Shown here in pieces: positions 51,301 through 64,000 of a DNA stretch of 64,000 bases. The notes beneath the pieces were generated by a model. The model was given only the letters and a program-made list of their open reading frames with translations, was not told the DNA's origin and ran no database searches. Within the stretch, counting starts at the first letter, position 1. The number at the start of each line of letters is the position of its first letter. Both the position numbers and the translations under genes were made by a program. The stretch comes from Yuukianura sp. NJ FZ-2021 (taxonomy: Eukaryota): contig CM102285.1 of the NCBI GenBank assembly GCA_046563655.1, positions 11,780,001 to 11,844,000 on the forward strand, in the 5' to 3' direction.

Positions 51301-54300
51301 GACTTTTTTTTTAGAAAAAAAGACGGAATCTGATGAGATTTTTTCCATCTCATACTTTTGTAATTTAGGAACTGGAGAAATTTTTGTTAAAGTTGAAGAA
51401 AGCAGAGCGGGGGAAGAAATATATTTTTGAGAAATGCCGCCAGTGTCAGTCCTCAGTCAGACTTTTTTTTAATGAAAGTTCTTTTTCCCTTTAATCGCAT
51501 CTTCAAAGTCTAGAATTTCTTCTAAGAATCCTAGAACTTTTTAGAAGGCTCCTCTCATCCCTTCACATGCAATGTCCAAGTCCGTTGGACCTCCCTTATG
51601 TTATGCATTGCGCAGTTGAATTTTTCCGGTTTAATTACAGGAGTCTTTGGGCTTGGACGTTTCTTTTCATGAAATTTCGGGATTGTAAGCAAGGCCTCAG
51701 GCCAATTCAAATATTTGTCCCTGCTTTAGAGTCAGTGTTTACCAAAATTCCAATTTTCAAAGAAAAGTTGCGAAACTTTTCTCTCAACAAGCTGACTTCG
51801 ATTTTCAAAAGTTAAAGAGCCCTTAGCTTTTGAAAGTTGAAAAATAGCAAACAAGATAAGTAATTAGCTAAGTAATGTTAATACCTAACGATTTAAGCTA
51901 AAGTAAAGATTAGTGTTCTCCTAGCTTAAGTTGAATTCGATTTTGGAAAATTGCATATCACTAATCAATCCAAGTTTAACCTAATCTAACTTAACTTAAA
52001 ATCTATGTTAACGAAACGATTGCATTTTGATTCAATTAGGTATTGGTAGTTAGGTACATGTGGATTTCAGCAAAATGTGGATAAAAGCGAGCGATTAGTT
52101 AGATCATCGGTAACGGAATTCTGCACAAGGTCAGGTTAGGATAGGGTGGATTAGGGAACGTTAGGTGGGCGATGCTTATTAATCTAAGCGAGAAAAACTT
52201 TCTTCCTTTAAAATGTAGACATGCCAAGGGGCGAAAGAGTAATGAATGTAGACTTGGCATTAAAATTAATTAAATACAAGGGATTATCCTGTTGAACTCA
52301 GGAGAAAGCTAAAGGCAGAGGATTAGTACTTTCCCTTAGTACTGTGCTTGTCTATTTATAAAGATCTCTAGGAACTGTACAATTCCTGAGAAAACTAATC
52401 TTAAAATTTAGTTTGAGCAAAAATAGAAAAGTAATAAAAAGGGAAAGTAAGGTTCTTTTTGATCCTCAAAATCCATCCTGCACTTAACGAGCACAAACAT
52501 TTCAATTCAATTTGACGAAAAAGGAACTTTCACTTTTCTTTGTTAACTTTTTGCTTCCTGTTACATTATAGAAATTCTTTCTTGGGAACAGCAATACAAC
52601 TAATTTCAGCAGCACTTGCGTGGGAAAGAAAGGCGGCAGCAGATATTTTTTATTCCGACGGATATTTTTTATCCTGAATCATATTTTTGACTCAGTTCTT
52701 TTTATTAGTGCCGCTAGTCTAGTACCTCTAGTCTATCAATTGTAGAAAGATAAATGACGATTTGTTACTGAAGTAACAATTCATTTCCGGCTAATACATG
52801 AACCAAGCACAAATCTGACGTGGTGCTAGGCCTTTATTGCTTGTTGTTTTTCACTGTTCCAATATTACTACTAAGGTCACTCCAGGAACCGGGAGAGCAG
52901 AGAAAATGAGGCCATAAATAAATAGGATATGGGGCTAGAGGCACTACTACCACAAGGAAGTTATTACATAACAAAGTGCTTTCTCTCCCGCCTTTTTTTC
53001 ATTTTCGGGTTTTTTTTGGTTCGAGGGAAAAACAGGCTGGAAAAGATGAAGATGAAATCGATGACATCAACTTATCTTGCCAACGTGCCATGGGTTGGGA
53101 ATGAAGCTTTCCAAAGGCAGCAGTAGCCTAAAAGCGTCCTTGTTCTTTTTTAAAATTTTGGAAGATGCGGGAGCGTTAGTTACGGCTCATGCCTCCCTCT
53201 CCTTTTCCCGAAAATTTTCAAAATTTCATTTTCCATTTCATTTTCTGGGTGACATCCTCTTTGCTTGGGAAAAGTAAAATGCCCGGGAGACTGGGAGGAG
53301 GCAGTGGAAGGGGAGGAATAGAGAATTATTCATCAGTTGATTCCTTCAAATTTCTTCTCGGAACAATGGCTACACTCGGTTCAACACTTTGCAAAGGCAT
53401 CAGAGGATGTAACACTCTGATTCTAGTTTTCTAAAGAACGGTTTGAGCATTTTAGCGTCTAAAGTTTCGGTTGAAACGAATATCTCGGTGGTGTGGTTTG
53501 TCTTTTGAGGCTAAAGTGAAAGTGGGAACGGGAGAAGAGCAAAGGAAGAGGAAGATTGAACGCTTATTGATTCCACGGCAGCAGTTTCCCACTTGATGCT
53601 TTTTAACCCAAAAAAAATTATTTCGAAATTTTGAAATATTTCTATGCTTATTTTTAACAAGAAACCAACGTCTAACGATGTTCAAACACGTAAACAAAAT
53701 TGAATTAACGTTTGTTCACGGTTTTTCGAAATGAACAAGGTTGATTTGTGTTGTTGTTTTCTCATGAGGCATGTTGTGGCAAGTTATTGAACAATTAAAG
53801 TAAATTGCACTGTAGTTTAGATTTGGAAAAGATCTATTTAAGATTATATAAAAATGGTCTTACTAATACGACGGCTGATGATGAAAGCACCGCGAACACT
53901 ACAAACATTCCATGACATTGTACATAAAATTGTACAGTTTTATTTTTCATTATAACTAAAAAATACACGAGAAAACGGGGTAGCTGGAATCCTGTGATCA
54001 AATTAAAATGTAAAGTTTACTTGTTACTTTAGATTAAGAACGAAACTTATCAACTTTCACAACTTTCTAGTTGGGAAACTCGAGAGGAGATTCTGGTTGA
54101 GCAAGAGCGATGCAGTGCAACGTTTTAGAACAGAATTTGTGAATTAAATTACTCTTTAACATTTACATTTGTAGGAAAACTAGGAAAGTTTTTAAGTTGT
54201 TTAGTCGTACGTGTAACATACTAACTCGGATACTTCAAACTTATACAAACTTTTTAAACTCTGTAGAACAGGAGCTCTTAAACATGTAATCAATCTCTCG

Positions 54301-57300
54301 AAGAAAAAAACTTTACTTCAAATTTTTATCTAAATAGTTTACAAACTAAATTAAAAGTTTTAGTGAGCATTTTTATTATAGTCAAATTGGAGAGATCAAA
54401 TCTGGGTCTTAGGTCGGGGTTAGCTTATATTTAGTTAGACTCGTTAAGGTAACTTTAGTTAGGTTTGTTAGGTTCCCCAATTTGTAGCGTGATTATTCCA
54501 CCGAGAAAGCAAAGACGAGGAACGTGTGCTCTAGTTTTTTGAATGCCATTCAAGTACTTTTCTTTGTAAAGAAATTGGAGGATGCTGGAGAGAAAGTACT
54601 TTGCATTTCAAATGCTTTTTTTTGTACTTCCTCCCTTTACAAAATAAGAGGAACCAGGAATAGATTAAAATTGAATGATTTTTCTGGCGCTTCCAGCGTA
54701 AGAATGAAATAGTGCTAGGGCATGACAGTGAATTTTGGAAAAGTGAAAGTAATTTTTTGGGTTTTCTGAGAAAAATGCGATGGTTGACTTCCTTTTCCTT
54801 TTTTCTTTTTGCATCCTGGCAAAAAAAAAGTCCCAAGGAAGAAAAGTTTATTCTATTTATTCATTTTTCTTCTTTTTCGAAAAGCAGGGAGCTTTCCCTC
54901 CATTTTTTCCTTTCCAAATCCCTAGAGACCTCATAGCGAGAACCTCGGAAAAGTCACTTGAAGCAACAGTTTTCTCCTCGTCTTCATTTTTCTCCTGCCA
55001 AGTTTTTTTTTTCAAAAAACGCAAAGCTTCCTTTTTCAGGGTAGCTTGTTCAGAACAGAGTTGAAAATTCCAGTTTTTTATTTAAGAAAAGCGGGCTCAG
55101 AGGACTCCGTCTTCCTAATTTCCTCTGCTGATCTGTCATCTGCTTTCCTCTAAACGTCTTTAGCCCTCTTGACTTTTTCATGCCTTTTAGAATCACTTTC
55201 ACTAACTTTCACTTTCTCTATGGGATTAGCCCTTCACCGAAAACTTCTTAGGGTTTAGAAAAACTTAAGAACCTGAAAGTTTCAAAAAAATTTAAATTCT
55301 AAATTTTAGTGACCTGAAAAACTTTATAGCGGTGCTGGCAGAACACAAACTTCCGAAAACTCTGCCACTGCCAGCATCATTTGAAATTGAAAACGAAAAA
55401 AAAAATAGTGTCATTCCACAGGCTGCTGAAGACGCTCTTCCTATTTACTCCCAGAATAGAAAATTTAATCAACTTTCCTTTTTGTTCAAATGGAAAAGGA
55501 AGAGAAGGAAAAAGACTTTCTTTGTGTGACTCACTTTTTTCTTGGTTCAGTGGTGCTGGATTCACATTCAGCAGCAAAATCTAACCTAACAATTCAACAG
55601 CAGAGGCAGCCGTGAGGCTGTGGGAACCTAGAACACGATTGACTAAAAAGAGAGAGAAGCTTTTCCTGGAAATACGCGTCTTCCCCAATATCTATAGGAA
55701 CAATGCATTGGAATTGGAAAAGACAAAAGACGGTTACCGCCGCTTCGGTTCGTAGTTAGATTCTACTTTCTCTTGTTTCCCCTCCAGTTAGTCTAACCTT
55801 AAAAAATCCAACAGCAGAGGACTGTGGGAAGTCTCATGCAGAAGGTAGAGATTTCATTGTGTCAACTTCAGGAACAACCTTCCTTCCTCTCCAGCACCAC
55901 TATAGTCATTGTTCTCAGTCTCTCGTCCGAATCGTAACGGAATTACAAAGTTCGGAACGAGAAAAGGAAGATAATGGTTCTAGCTCAAGCGGCGCTGGGA
56001 AAGAAACGTGTTTCCTTCCAACGACGTGTCTATTACATCTCCATTATCATCATCTCCCTAGGAAAGAACTTAAAAGTAAATCCTGCACCGATTTCCCACG
56101 CCCAAAACAATCTGCCAAGCGTTTCAGAGAAACTTGTTAAAAATCGGAACTTTTTGCAGAAACGCGTGTAAAACCTCCGCCGAGTGACCAGATACTGACG
56201 CAAATCTGGTCAAACTTTGGAGAAAGAAAAGCGAATTATTGAAAACGCCGCAAACCTAAAGACAAAATTGAAATTGAGCATAATTTTAAACTTGAGAGAC
56301 TAAGGGCACTGTTCAAACACAGCACTTGAGACGCTTACTGCACCAAAGGAACTGTTTCTGGTTATGTTCAACACAATATTGTCAAGACTTACGCGAACGC
56401 TTGCATCACTGCGCTAAATCTTTCTAAAAAAAGTAATTTCTGTTTAGAGATTTGCCGGAAGGGAAAGGAAAATTAACTTTCCAGTTTATTAAAGCCTATT
56501 CGCATTTCCAAAATATAATCAAAATTAAAAATTGAACAAAAAAGAAAAGAAGCAGAAGCCGGAAGCGTTTTAGATAAAAAAAATTATTGTGACATTATTA
56601 ATGAAACGAAATCAAGTAGATGTAATTAAGAGTATCAAAAATTTACCTGATCCTCATCGAGCTATTAAATATTAAATAACGATGGAAGTGGTTCCATAAA
56701 CGTGATAGAAAAACATAAAGCAGAAAGATTAGATTTGTTGTCTAAATTGTCGTGTTAACTTTGGAACGAAATGAAAGGCGGTTTAACGCATAAAATGCAA
56801 ACGCACGATCCGTCATGGATAGAATAGTACCTTCTAAAAAATAAGTTAAAAATCATACATTTTTCTAAAATTCTAAACCTTGTTCTAATATAGAGAAGAA
56901 AAATGTAAAAAGTTGTAAAAACCCTTCTTGTGATCCAGAAAAGCTTTGTTGAGATCATTTTAGCACAACAGTATACAACCTTAATGAATTTATTCAAATT
57001 AAGATTTAATTGTTGTACACTAATTAGTTAAAAAAAATTAGTTAAGAATATTAATTACTAGTCAAGGGAACTTAGGCACAGAACGGAAGTTGGAAATAAA
57101 TTGAGTTTGGCGTTAAGCAACAGTGTGAAACGTAAATTGAATGTTTTCTAATTAATTAAATTAAGAATATAATTAAGAAAAATCATTAATTTTAACTTGT
57201 TGTTGGTGATTTATTGTTGGGTCACATCAATCGTTTAGTTATTAAAAGGTAAATGGAATAATAAATTCGAAAATCATTGTTGAGAACAAAAAAATTTTCG

Positions 57301-57359
57301 CTGTTTTTTTTTTTTTGTTAAGTCATGAATTTATTATTAAAATATTGCTAAAAGTAAAA

Positions 57360-58210
57360 CTGCATTCCACCGATGCGATGGACCTGAAAGAATTGAGATC
57401 GGAGATTATACGTAGGAAAGAGGGAAGCATTCTCCTCTATACTACCAAAAACGAAACAAAAAATTTTTTGCCAAAATAAATCCGTGAACTATAGCCCATG
57501 ATTTTTTTTCAAAATTTAATCAAAATTCTAGGGCACTTTTTAAAAATTTTAAGACATACTACATGCTTTTTTGAGTTTAGGCCCGAAGAGCTTACCTTTC
57601 TATCGCTTTCCAGTCCAAAGTTATGAATTTTCAAATTTTTTGAATTTTTGAATTTCAATTTTCAAAAAACCTCATTTTTCCAAATTCATCAAAACTTTGA
57701 TGTTGCATTCCCTTGCAAAATTTTTGCACTACATTATGTAAAAAGATATTTTGCAACTTGAATCGAGCGATGGAATCGCAGAAGTCGCTGCAGAATTGAA
57801 ATTTTTAGAATTTTTAAGAAAAGGGGAAGAAATTAGGAATTGTGCTTGAATTTCTGAGAGTTTTTGAAGAGTGTTTTCCATAGGAAGCCTTCGAGAGAGC
57901 AGAAATTTAGATCGGAGATTATACGGCCCAAAGAGGCAGATAGGAAGGTTCCTCTGTTGGATTTTTTCCCACAAAAAGTCGAGCAGCGGCAATGGCAAAA
58001 GGTTGAAAATGGCGAGGAGCCTTTTTGCGTCGCCTAATCTCCGCATAGATCCTGACAGTTTTCAAGCAGGTTCCTTTCCTTCAGAATTCAAAATCTTTCC
58101 AAAAATTTTGAAACTTTAAAAATTCGTATCTCAGTGATGGAATGCTTTACATTACTAATTCTTTCGCGAATAGATTAACAATGATCGAAAGAATATTTTA
58201 AGCCTAAAAA
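57360..58210. mobile_element. Possible degenerate DNA-transposon remnant
   Basis: 17-bp direct repeat AGATCGGAGATTATACG at 57396-57412 and 57909-57925 with loosely similar flanks. No clear TIR or TSD found; boundaries approximate. Confidence 0.3.
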
Positions 58211-58611
58211 CATTAATTTTGGAAATGGCTGACTTTGAATTTGAACAGAATTCCGCAATTCCGTTTTTTTTTTCTCAAAAATTTGGCAAAATACTGAAAG
58301 TGTTTTCTGATAGATTTTCGAAACAAATTCGCGAAATGTTGTTTTTGCAACCTGAGCTGAGGAATGAATTTGTATTAAATTGTGTAGTTTCTTAAGTTTT
58401 TAGTTGATATCCTTTAATGAATTTATATAAAATTCAAATCAATTAGTCAAAATAAATGAACTTTCAATTAATTGAAAAGATATTATTTATTGTACTAAAA
58501 ATCATTGAAGTAAAAAACATAATCAACCACCCTATACTAGAACAGGTAAGTGTAAAAAATGTCTCCAGTCCAGCAATCGCTGATTTGATTGATCCTTGAA
58601 GTGCTCAAGGA

Positions 58612-61305
58612 TTACACAAGCTCTCCACACGCAATTATTGTGATTTTCTCTGACGTCTTGCCCGTTTTTGAACCGAATTTCTGCAAGCAAAAAAGAAACT
58701 TTTTTTGAGAATACAGAACGAATCAAACTAAAAGTTTACACAAGGCAACGTAACAGTAGTCAAACTTTCTCGGAGATAAGTTTCAATGCAATTGGGTTGC
58801 CTTTGTGTTCTTTTCTGATAAAGTAGTTCCATGCTTTCCAAACTTAGGGTTAGTACAGAAGACGTTTCTTTATTCTCAAACTTCGTTCAAAGTGAAAGCT
58901 TTTAAATTATTTACTTTCTCTTTTTTTCTCTCAACATAAAGTTGGATTATATTCAACAATATAGATTCTTTTAAAAATCAAATCAACTAACAAGAACACG
59001 CTCTATCGACCACGGCCACCATTCCATCAATTCTCTCCAAAATGCCATGGCCAACTTTCCAACTTTAAAAAAAAAGGTTTGAAAACTGAAGTTCGTCTGT
59101 TCCGAAGTTTGAGAATTCAGAAACACTTTAGTGGCTTTAGTATGGCTTTGATGTTTCCAGTTTGGAAACCATGAATAGGAAATCATGTCCGTACCTCAAT
59201 TTTCTTGAGAATGTCGAGACCAGACACTATGAGTCCAAACACTACATGTTTTCCATCCAACCTGGAAAGAGAACAAGAACAGGATCAACTTTAGACCAAA
59301 GAAGAGCCAAATAGCACTGGAAGTGAGTGTAGTGGTCAATAAAATTATATGACTTTGGTATAACATAAAGCGTCTCGAGAAAATGAAATGAATCGCTGTC
59401 TCTTCCTTCCTTAAGAACGACGTTCCGCATTAACTGAAAACAAGGAGAGACTCACGCTGCCTGCTTTCATTTTCTCAATTTCACTTCCAGCGACTGCCAC
59501 CGTCGTCCACATCGGCGGTGGTGGCAGTCGTGGAGAAAACCCCATTTCCTTTCCACTCCATATAATTTGATGAAGAACAGAAAGAAAGCAGGTGACCATA
59601 AACATTGGAAATGAAGCATCGAAGCGAATTGGGAAGTAAAAGTAAAGAAAATACCCACAGCCTTCTGAGGGTGGCGTATTTTCGAAAAATTCTGCATGCT
59701 GACCAAGGCTGACAAGCGTAAAAACGAAAAAGTGAAGACGAAGAGCTGAACTGGAAACGGATCGAAAGTACTTCAACCTCAGCTCTAACTACACCAACTG
59801 CATGCTAACGAATAGTGAGGCAAAGTAATAAATTTTGGAAGCGATTTTCGCAGAATTGGGCTCAAAGAGGAACAGTTGAATCGAGTAATTTGATCTCAGA
59901 GTTTTAAAAAAACCCACAGTTAGTTGCTTGCGGTAAGGCATCATTTAAGACTAAAAGGATAAAAAACAGGGTTTGAGAATTGGTGAAATGGAAACTTAAT
60001 TGACTTAAGAGAAAACTTACCAATTAGTTGGTTGAAAGCTTATAAAGAATTGTGATCCATTTGTATTCACTCCACTATTTGCCATTGAAAGTGTTCCTGG
60101 TGCAGAATGCTGAAAGTATATTAGAAAAAATTAATGTAAAGTTAGACTTTGAGGTTGTTTTTGGAAACAAAGAAGATTTATTACTCGTAACGTAAAGTTC
60201 TCATCCGGAAACTTCTTTCCAAAAATGGATTTTCCGCCAGTACCATCGTTGTTGGTAAAGTCTCCTCCTTGGGCCATCTATAAACATAAAAGAAGGTTGA
60301 ATAAGAAACACCAATGATCCGAGATCCAATCCATCCTGTACCAATCTACAAGTTGTAGCGCGGTTACGGAGTATGATGTTGTTCACTTACAAATCCAGGG
60401 ATAACTCTATGGAATATTGATCCTTGGTAACCGAATCCTTTTTCGTGAGTACAAAGGCATCGAAAATTTTCTGCAGTAATTGGAACGGTGTCAGTTCTCA
60501 AAACAAATGTCATCCTTCCTACTATACTTTTCCCAATCTGTATATCAAGGTACACTTGGGGGTTTTTAGGTGCACGAGGATTTGGTCCTGGAGCAGGAGC
60601 CTAAAAGACAGAACGAGATGAACATAAATCACAATCGATTGCACTAGTGTCTACATTCTTCCGGTTACACTTACCATTTGTACTGCAACATCAGAGTCCT
60701 TCGAATCAGCTTTATCCTGGTCCCCACCACCATCTTCTTGATCCCCCTCATCGTTCGTCTTCTTCAGAGTTTCACCAGCATGTTTTGTCAACCAAGCATC
60801 TTCTTGCCATACTGGGCGAGTCGAGAAGTCCCGAACCTTCATCGGTTTCGCCATATTGACTCGGATTGTTCTTCCGAATAGTTCTGAATCGTCCTACTTA
60901 AAAATAACACAACTTAGCAATAATTTAGTTAGCGTGTACGTATTGACACACAGGAAACGGAGTAATTTCGAATATAGTTTACCATGTTGTCTATGGCAGC
61001 AGCAGCATCTTCCGCAGCTTCAAATTCTACAAATGCAAACCCTCGATGAGCCTGAGTCTCGTAGTCTAACGGCATTTGAACATCGGTTATGTCTCCGAAA
61101 GGTACGAATGCTCCTTTGATGACATCAACGTCAACTTCTTCTGCAAGTCCACCTAATAACAGAATCATAATTTCATTGTTGTTTCACTTTAATTTCTCAT
61201 TTAAAGTGTTTGATTCTAGTTATTTCGATTACTTTCATTCCCTTCCTACTGACTGCCGTACTTACCAACATAAACTGTCCGCTTCAACGATTGTGGCGTA
61301 GACAT
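58612..61305 (-). CDS. PPIE: Peptidyl-prolyl cis-trans isomerase E (Cyp33; RRM plus cyclophilin), 318 aa, 8 exons
   Basis: Exons 61305-61266, 61152-60983, 60893-60675, 60600-60391, 60277-60185, 60109-60021, 59261-59195, 58680-58612 (957 nt). [27 protein letters not shown]; cyclophilin [64 protein letters not shown]. Confidence 0.97.
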
Positions 61306-61932
61306 ATTAGCAATTCAATTAGTGCAATCCAACGGTGATAGGATGGCACGACAGCAATCTAATTGGTTCCGATTAATTGATTTGTCCGATTAATCTTAAT
61401 TAATAAACTAAACTGTAGAAATTAAAAGAGAACACAGTGAATGTCAGGAACGACAGCTGAGGGGATGGGGAAGAGAGTGCAGTGTAATTTCGATTTGTGT
61501 CACTTGTGCACCAAAATAAGAACTCGCAGTTTCTAGCAGCAGCTTCCCGGGTTATACGGATCAAAAAGATTCCCACTTCAACTTTGTGTGGCGTGAAGAA
61601 ATCCGCTACTAACCTTCATGCCGCATGAATTTTTTTTATATTTTATAGTAGCAAACTATAAAAACGGATTAGAGCGAGTTATTCAAAATTTCAACTGGCG
61701 TCTAAAAACATTTAAAAAAAATTCACATGATTACAATCCAGTTCAACTTTGCAGCAATTTTTCGAACATTGCAGCAAACATAAGGTATGTAGAGCCAATC
61801 TTCCGTCGCAAAACATCATATTATATTGTTTGGCTCAAATTGGAAAAAAGATGTAGCTTCTTCAAACGATTTATACTTTATAATGTTATACTGGTTTGAA
61901 TTATATTTCGTAAGTTAATTAAAAACAAAGTT

Positions 61933-63932
61933 CTATCGTTTAGAATTGGCATGCGACAACTTCTCCTTCCTCTTCTTGACGTGCTTCTTCATTTTGGTTT
62001 GACGTTTTTCCGCCTTCTGCTCCTTTACGGCTTTCTTACGTTCCTAAACAATTTAAATTCATCAAATCCTGCTCTCTTTCAATTCCAAAACTATTTTCAA
62101 ATCAAGCTGTAATAAAGTATGATTAATTTTACTCGTTTTTCATCGGCAGTCTCATTTCTTGGTCTGCCAGATTCTTTGAATTTGGATTCTTCTGCTTGGT
62201 CGTCGCCATCACTTGAAGATGACGACTCGTCGTCTTCCGAACCATCGCCATTAGCGGTATGTTGACTGGCTTCACTGTTTACGCGCTGCTGTCCTTCCTG
62301 TAAGAAACAAACGACTGTAAAAACTGAAACAAAATACACAGTTTTGGGAATGTAAGACGATCAAAAGCTTTTGTAAAAATGCTTACCCTAGTTTCCAATT
62401 TCGTTGGAAGGGACGGCCCAGAGAGATCTGATTTCATGCCTAGTAGTGTTGTGTAGATTGGCTTTTCGTGGCCAGTCTTGGCCTTGTCGTAGTCTCGTTC
62501 ATAATCTGCAACCTAGGAACGAAGTTAGAAATTTGTGTAGATCGAGTCAAACGAAAACGAATTAACAAATTAATCACTAAATGTTGTATTTTACCTCAAC
62601 CATTTTCTTAGGAATGAATGATTGGCGAAAAACTTCTTCGGCAACGGTAGCGTCTTCGAAAGTTTTAGCTGTAGCCAAAATACTCTCCAACTGTGAAATG
62701 TAGTTGGTGTCATCAACTGATGGGTTCGTGATCCATTCGAATATCTCTTTGAAATCACCCAGCATCACATGTCGTTTACCAAAGAAATCTAGAAATGAAT
62801 CAGGAAAAATCTTAAAATCAAATAAAACTGTTACAGATGGAATCATTACCTTGAACGTTCTTTATATCCGAGCGTAGGAAGTCAAAGCTCCGAGGATGAT
62901 CGTGCTCTACGGACTGCGATACGTCAATCACATACAAATCTTTGTAATCCTTCAAAATTAAGTTGAATTCAGAGAAATCGGCATGGACCAGTCGACAGTG
63001 CTTGTACAATCGATAAAGGATCAATAGAGCATCGCGATATAGTTTTGTAATAAGTTCGTGGACAGCTTCTCCATGTTGCTCAGATGCCATTTTCTGTTCA
63101 TCTTTGTTGTCATTTTCTGACTCCGACACGTTTAGCTTGTCAAACTTGACATCTTTGAGAAGCGGCGAAGGCCAACCCTGGTCTCCAATAAATTCCATCA
63201 GTAACACATGGGACTTCAAAAGCTTCGGTTCTGGGACGAGAATCGTTCCTGCTGCGTGGATACGAAGCAAATTTCGGTACTCCTTTTCCGCCCAAAGTCG
63301 CACTAATTTCCGGGGATTCTTTTTGCAATAGCCAGAACGAAAACGAAATTCACCCGAAACATACTTGTCTCTGGCCTTGAATGTCAATATGGATGTTTTG
63401 TAGATTTTGATCGCAAAGGCTGTATCGCCTGGTCCTGTAGCGTGGTACACGTTTGCTTCTTTGCCAGTAGAAATACACCCGTCGATTGAAAGCAGTTTTT
63501 CATTACTCAGTAGCTTGTACAAAATCATACGCGTTCTTGGATCCATGACTTGCTCGACAGTGGCACGATCTTGTTTATCCTTTACCTTAAGCCTATAACA
63601 ATAACGATAATCTAATCATCAAATATACCGAGATGCTTCGAAAGATTAGCAATATCTTGCCTGTTTGCAGTGGCTTTTTTGTTTGACGAAATGAGTCTGT
63701 TCACTGCTTCAGATTGTAAATGGCTACCTTCAAAGTTATCCACTGAAATTCTTCCACCAAACTTCTTAGACAGCTCTTCTGCAGTTGGATGACGTTGAAT
63801 CTGCATTTGACTATTTGGTCCAATTTTCATTTCATTGTAAAATTCAAAATCATCTTCGAAATCCGAATCTTCGTTTTCTTCATCTTCATCCGCCGGATTC
63901 TCTTCTGACACTTCTATCATCCTCTCCACCAT
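61933..63932 (-). CDS. RIOK1: Serine/threonine-protein kinase RIO1; the 5' end may lie beyond the window
   Basis: Exons 63932(?)-63661, 63592-62850, 62788-62595, 62512-62387, 62297-62133, 62043-61933. Motifs [62 protein letters not shown] and a Lys-rich C-terminal tail. The ATG at 63932 follows an AAG that could alternatively be a splice acceptor. Confidence 0.96.
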
Positions 63933-64000
63933 CTTGTGCAGGTGATGATCAAATAACAAGTTATGGTTTCTGAAAGAGTCAAAGCTCAAGAATTAAATCC

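Noticed and set aside
51970..52170. Scattered TTAGG/CCTAA clusters as interstitial telomeric repeats
   Set aside because: Only short, degenerate runs here and at several other sites. The same CCTAACCT word occurs inside the foldback element, so transposon debris is the simpler explanation.
55859..56171. ORFs near 55.9 kb as the missing C2B exon
   Set aside because: No C2-like sequence in any frame; at most a 3' terminal or UTR exon.
59411..59776. 121-aa minus-strand ORF in the PPIE intron as a nested gene
   Set aside because: Non-ATG start, no recognisable domain, and not needed for the complete PPIE reading frame.
63593..63628. GT donor at 63628 for the RIOK1 intron
   Set aside because: Wrong phase, and it would create an implausibly short 36-nt intron.

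Overview
AT-rich eukaryotic genomic DNA from a compact invertebrate genome, most likely an arthropod (inferred from gene content and short GT-AG introns; the species cannot be determined from the sequence). Five intron-containing genes were assembled by hand with consistent splice phases: the 5' end of AP-1 gamma adaptin (-), a complete ARFRP1 (-), a Fife/RIM/Piccolo-family active-zone scaffold (+, 13 coding exons, about 1040 aa: Zn finger, PDZ, shortened C2A, no visible C2B), a complete PPIE/Cyp33 (-) and RIOK1 (-, with a GC-AG intron). Non-coding DNA holds a near-perfect 44-bp tandem array (85.6 copies), three non-autonomous DNA transposons with TIRs and TSDs, a TTAA-centred piggyBac-like palindrome, and a strongly over-represented dispersed motif (GGAGAAAGT/ACTTTCTCC). 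I found no prokaryotic system, CRISPR array, rRNA or tRNA. Homology statements come from recall of the protein families, not from a database search.
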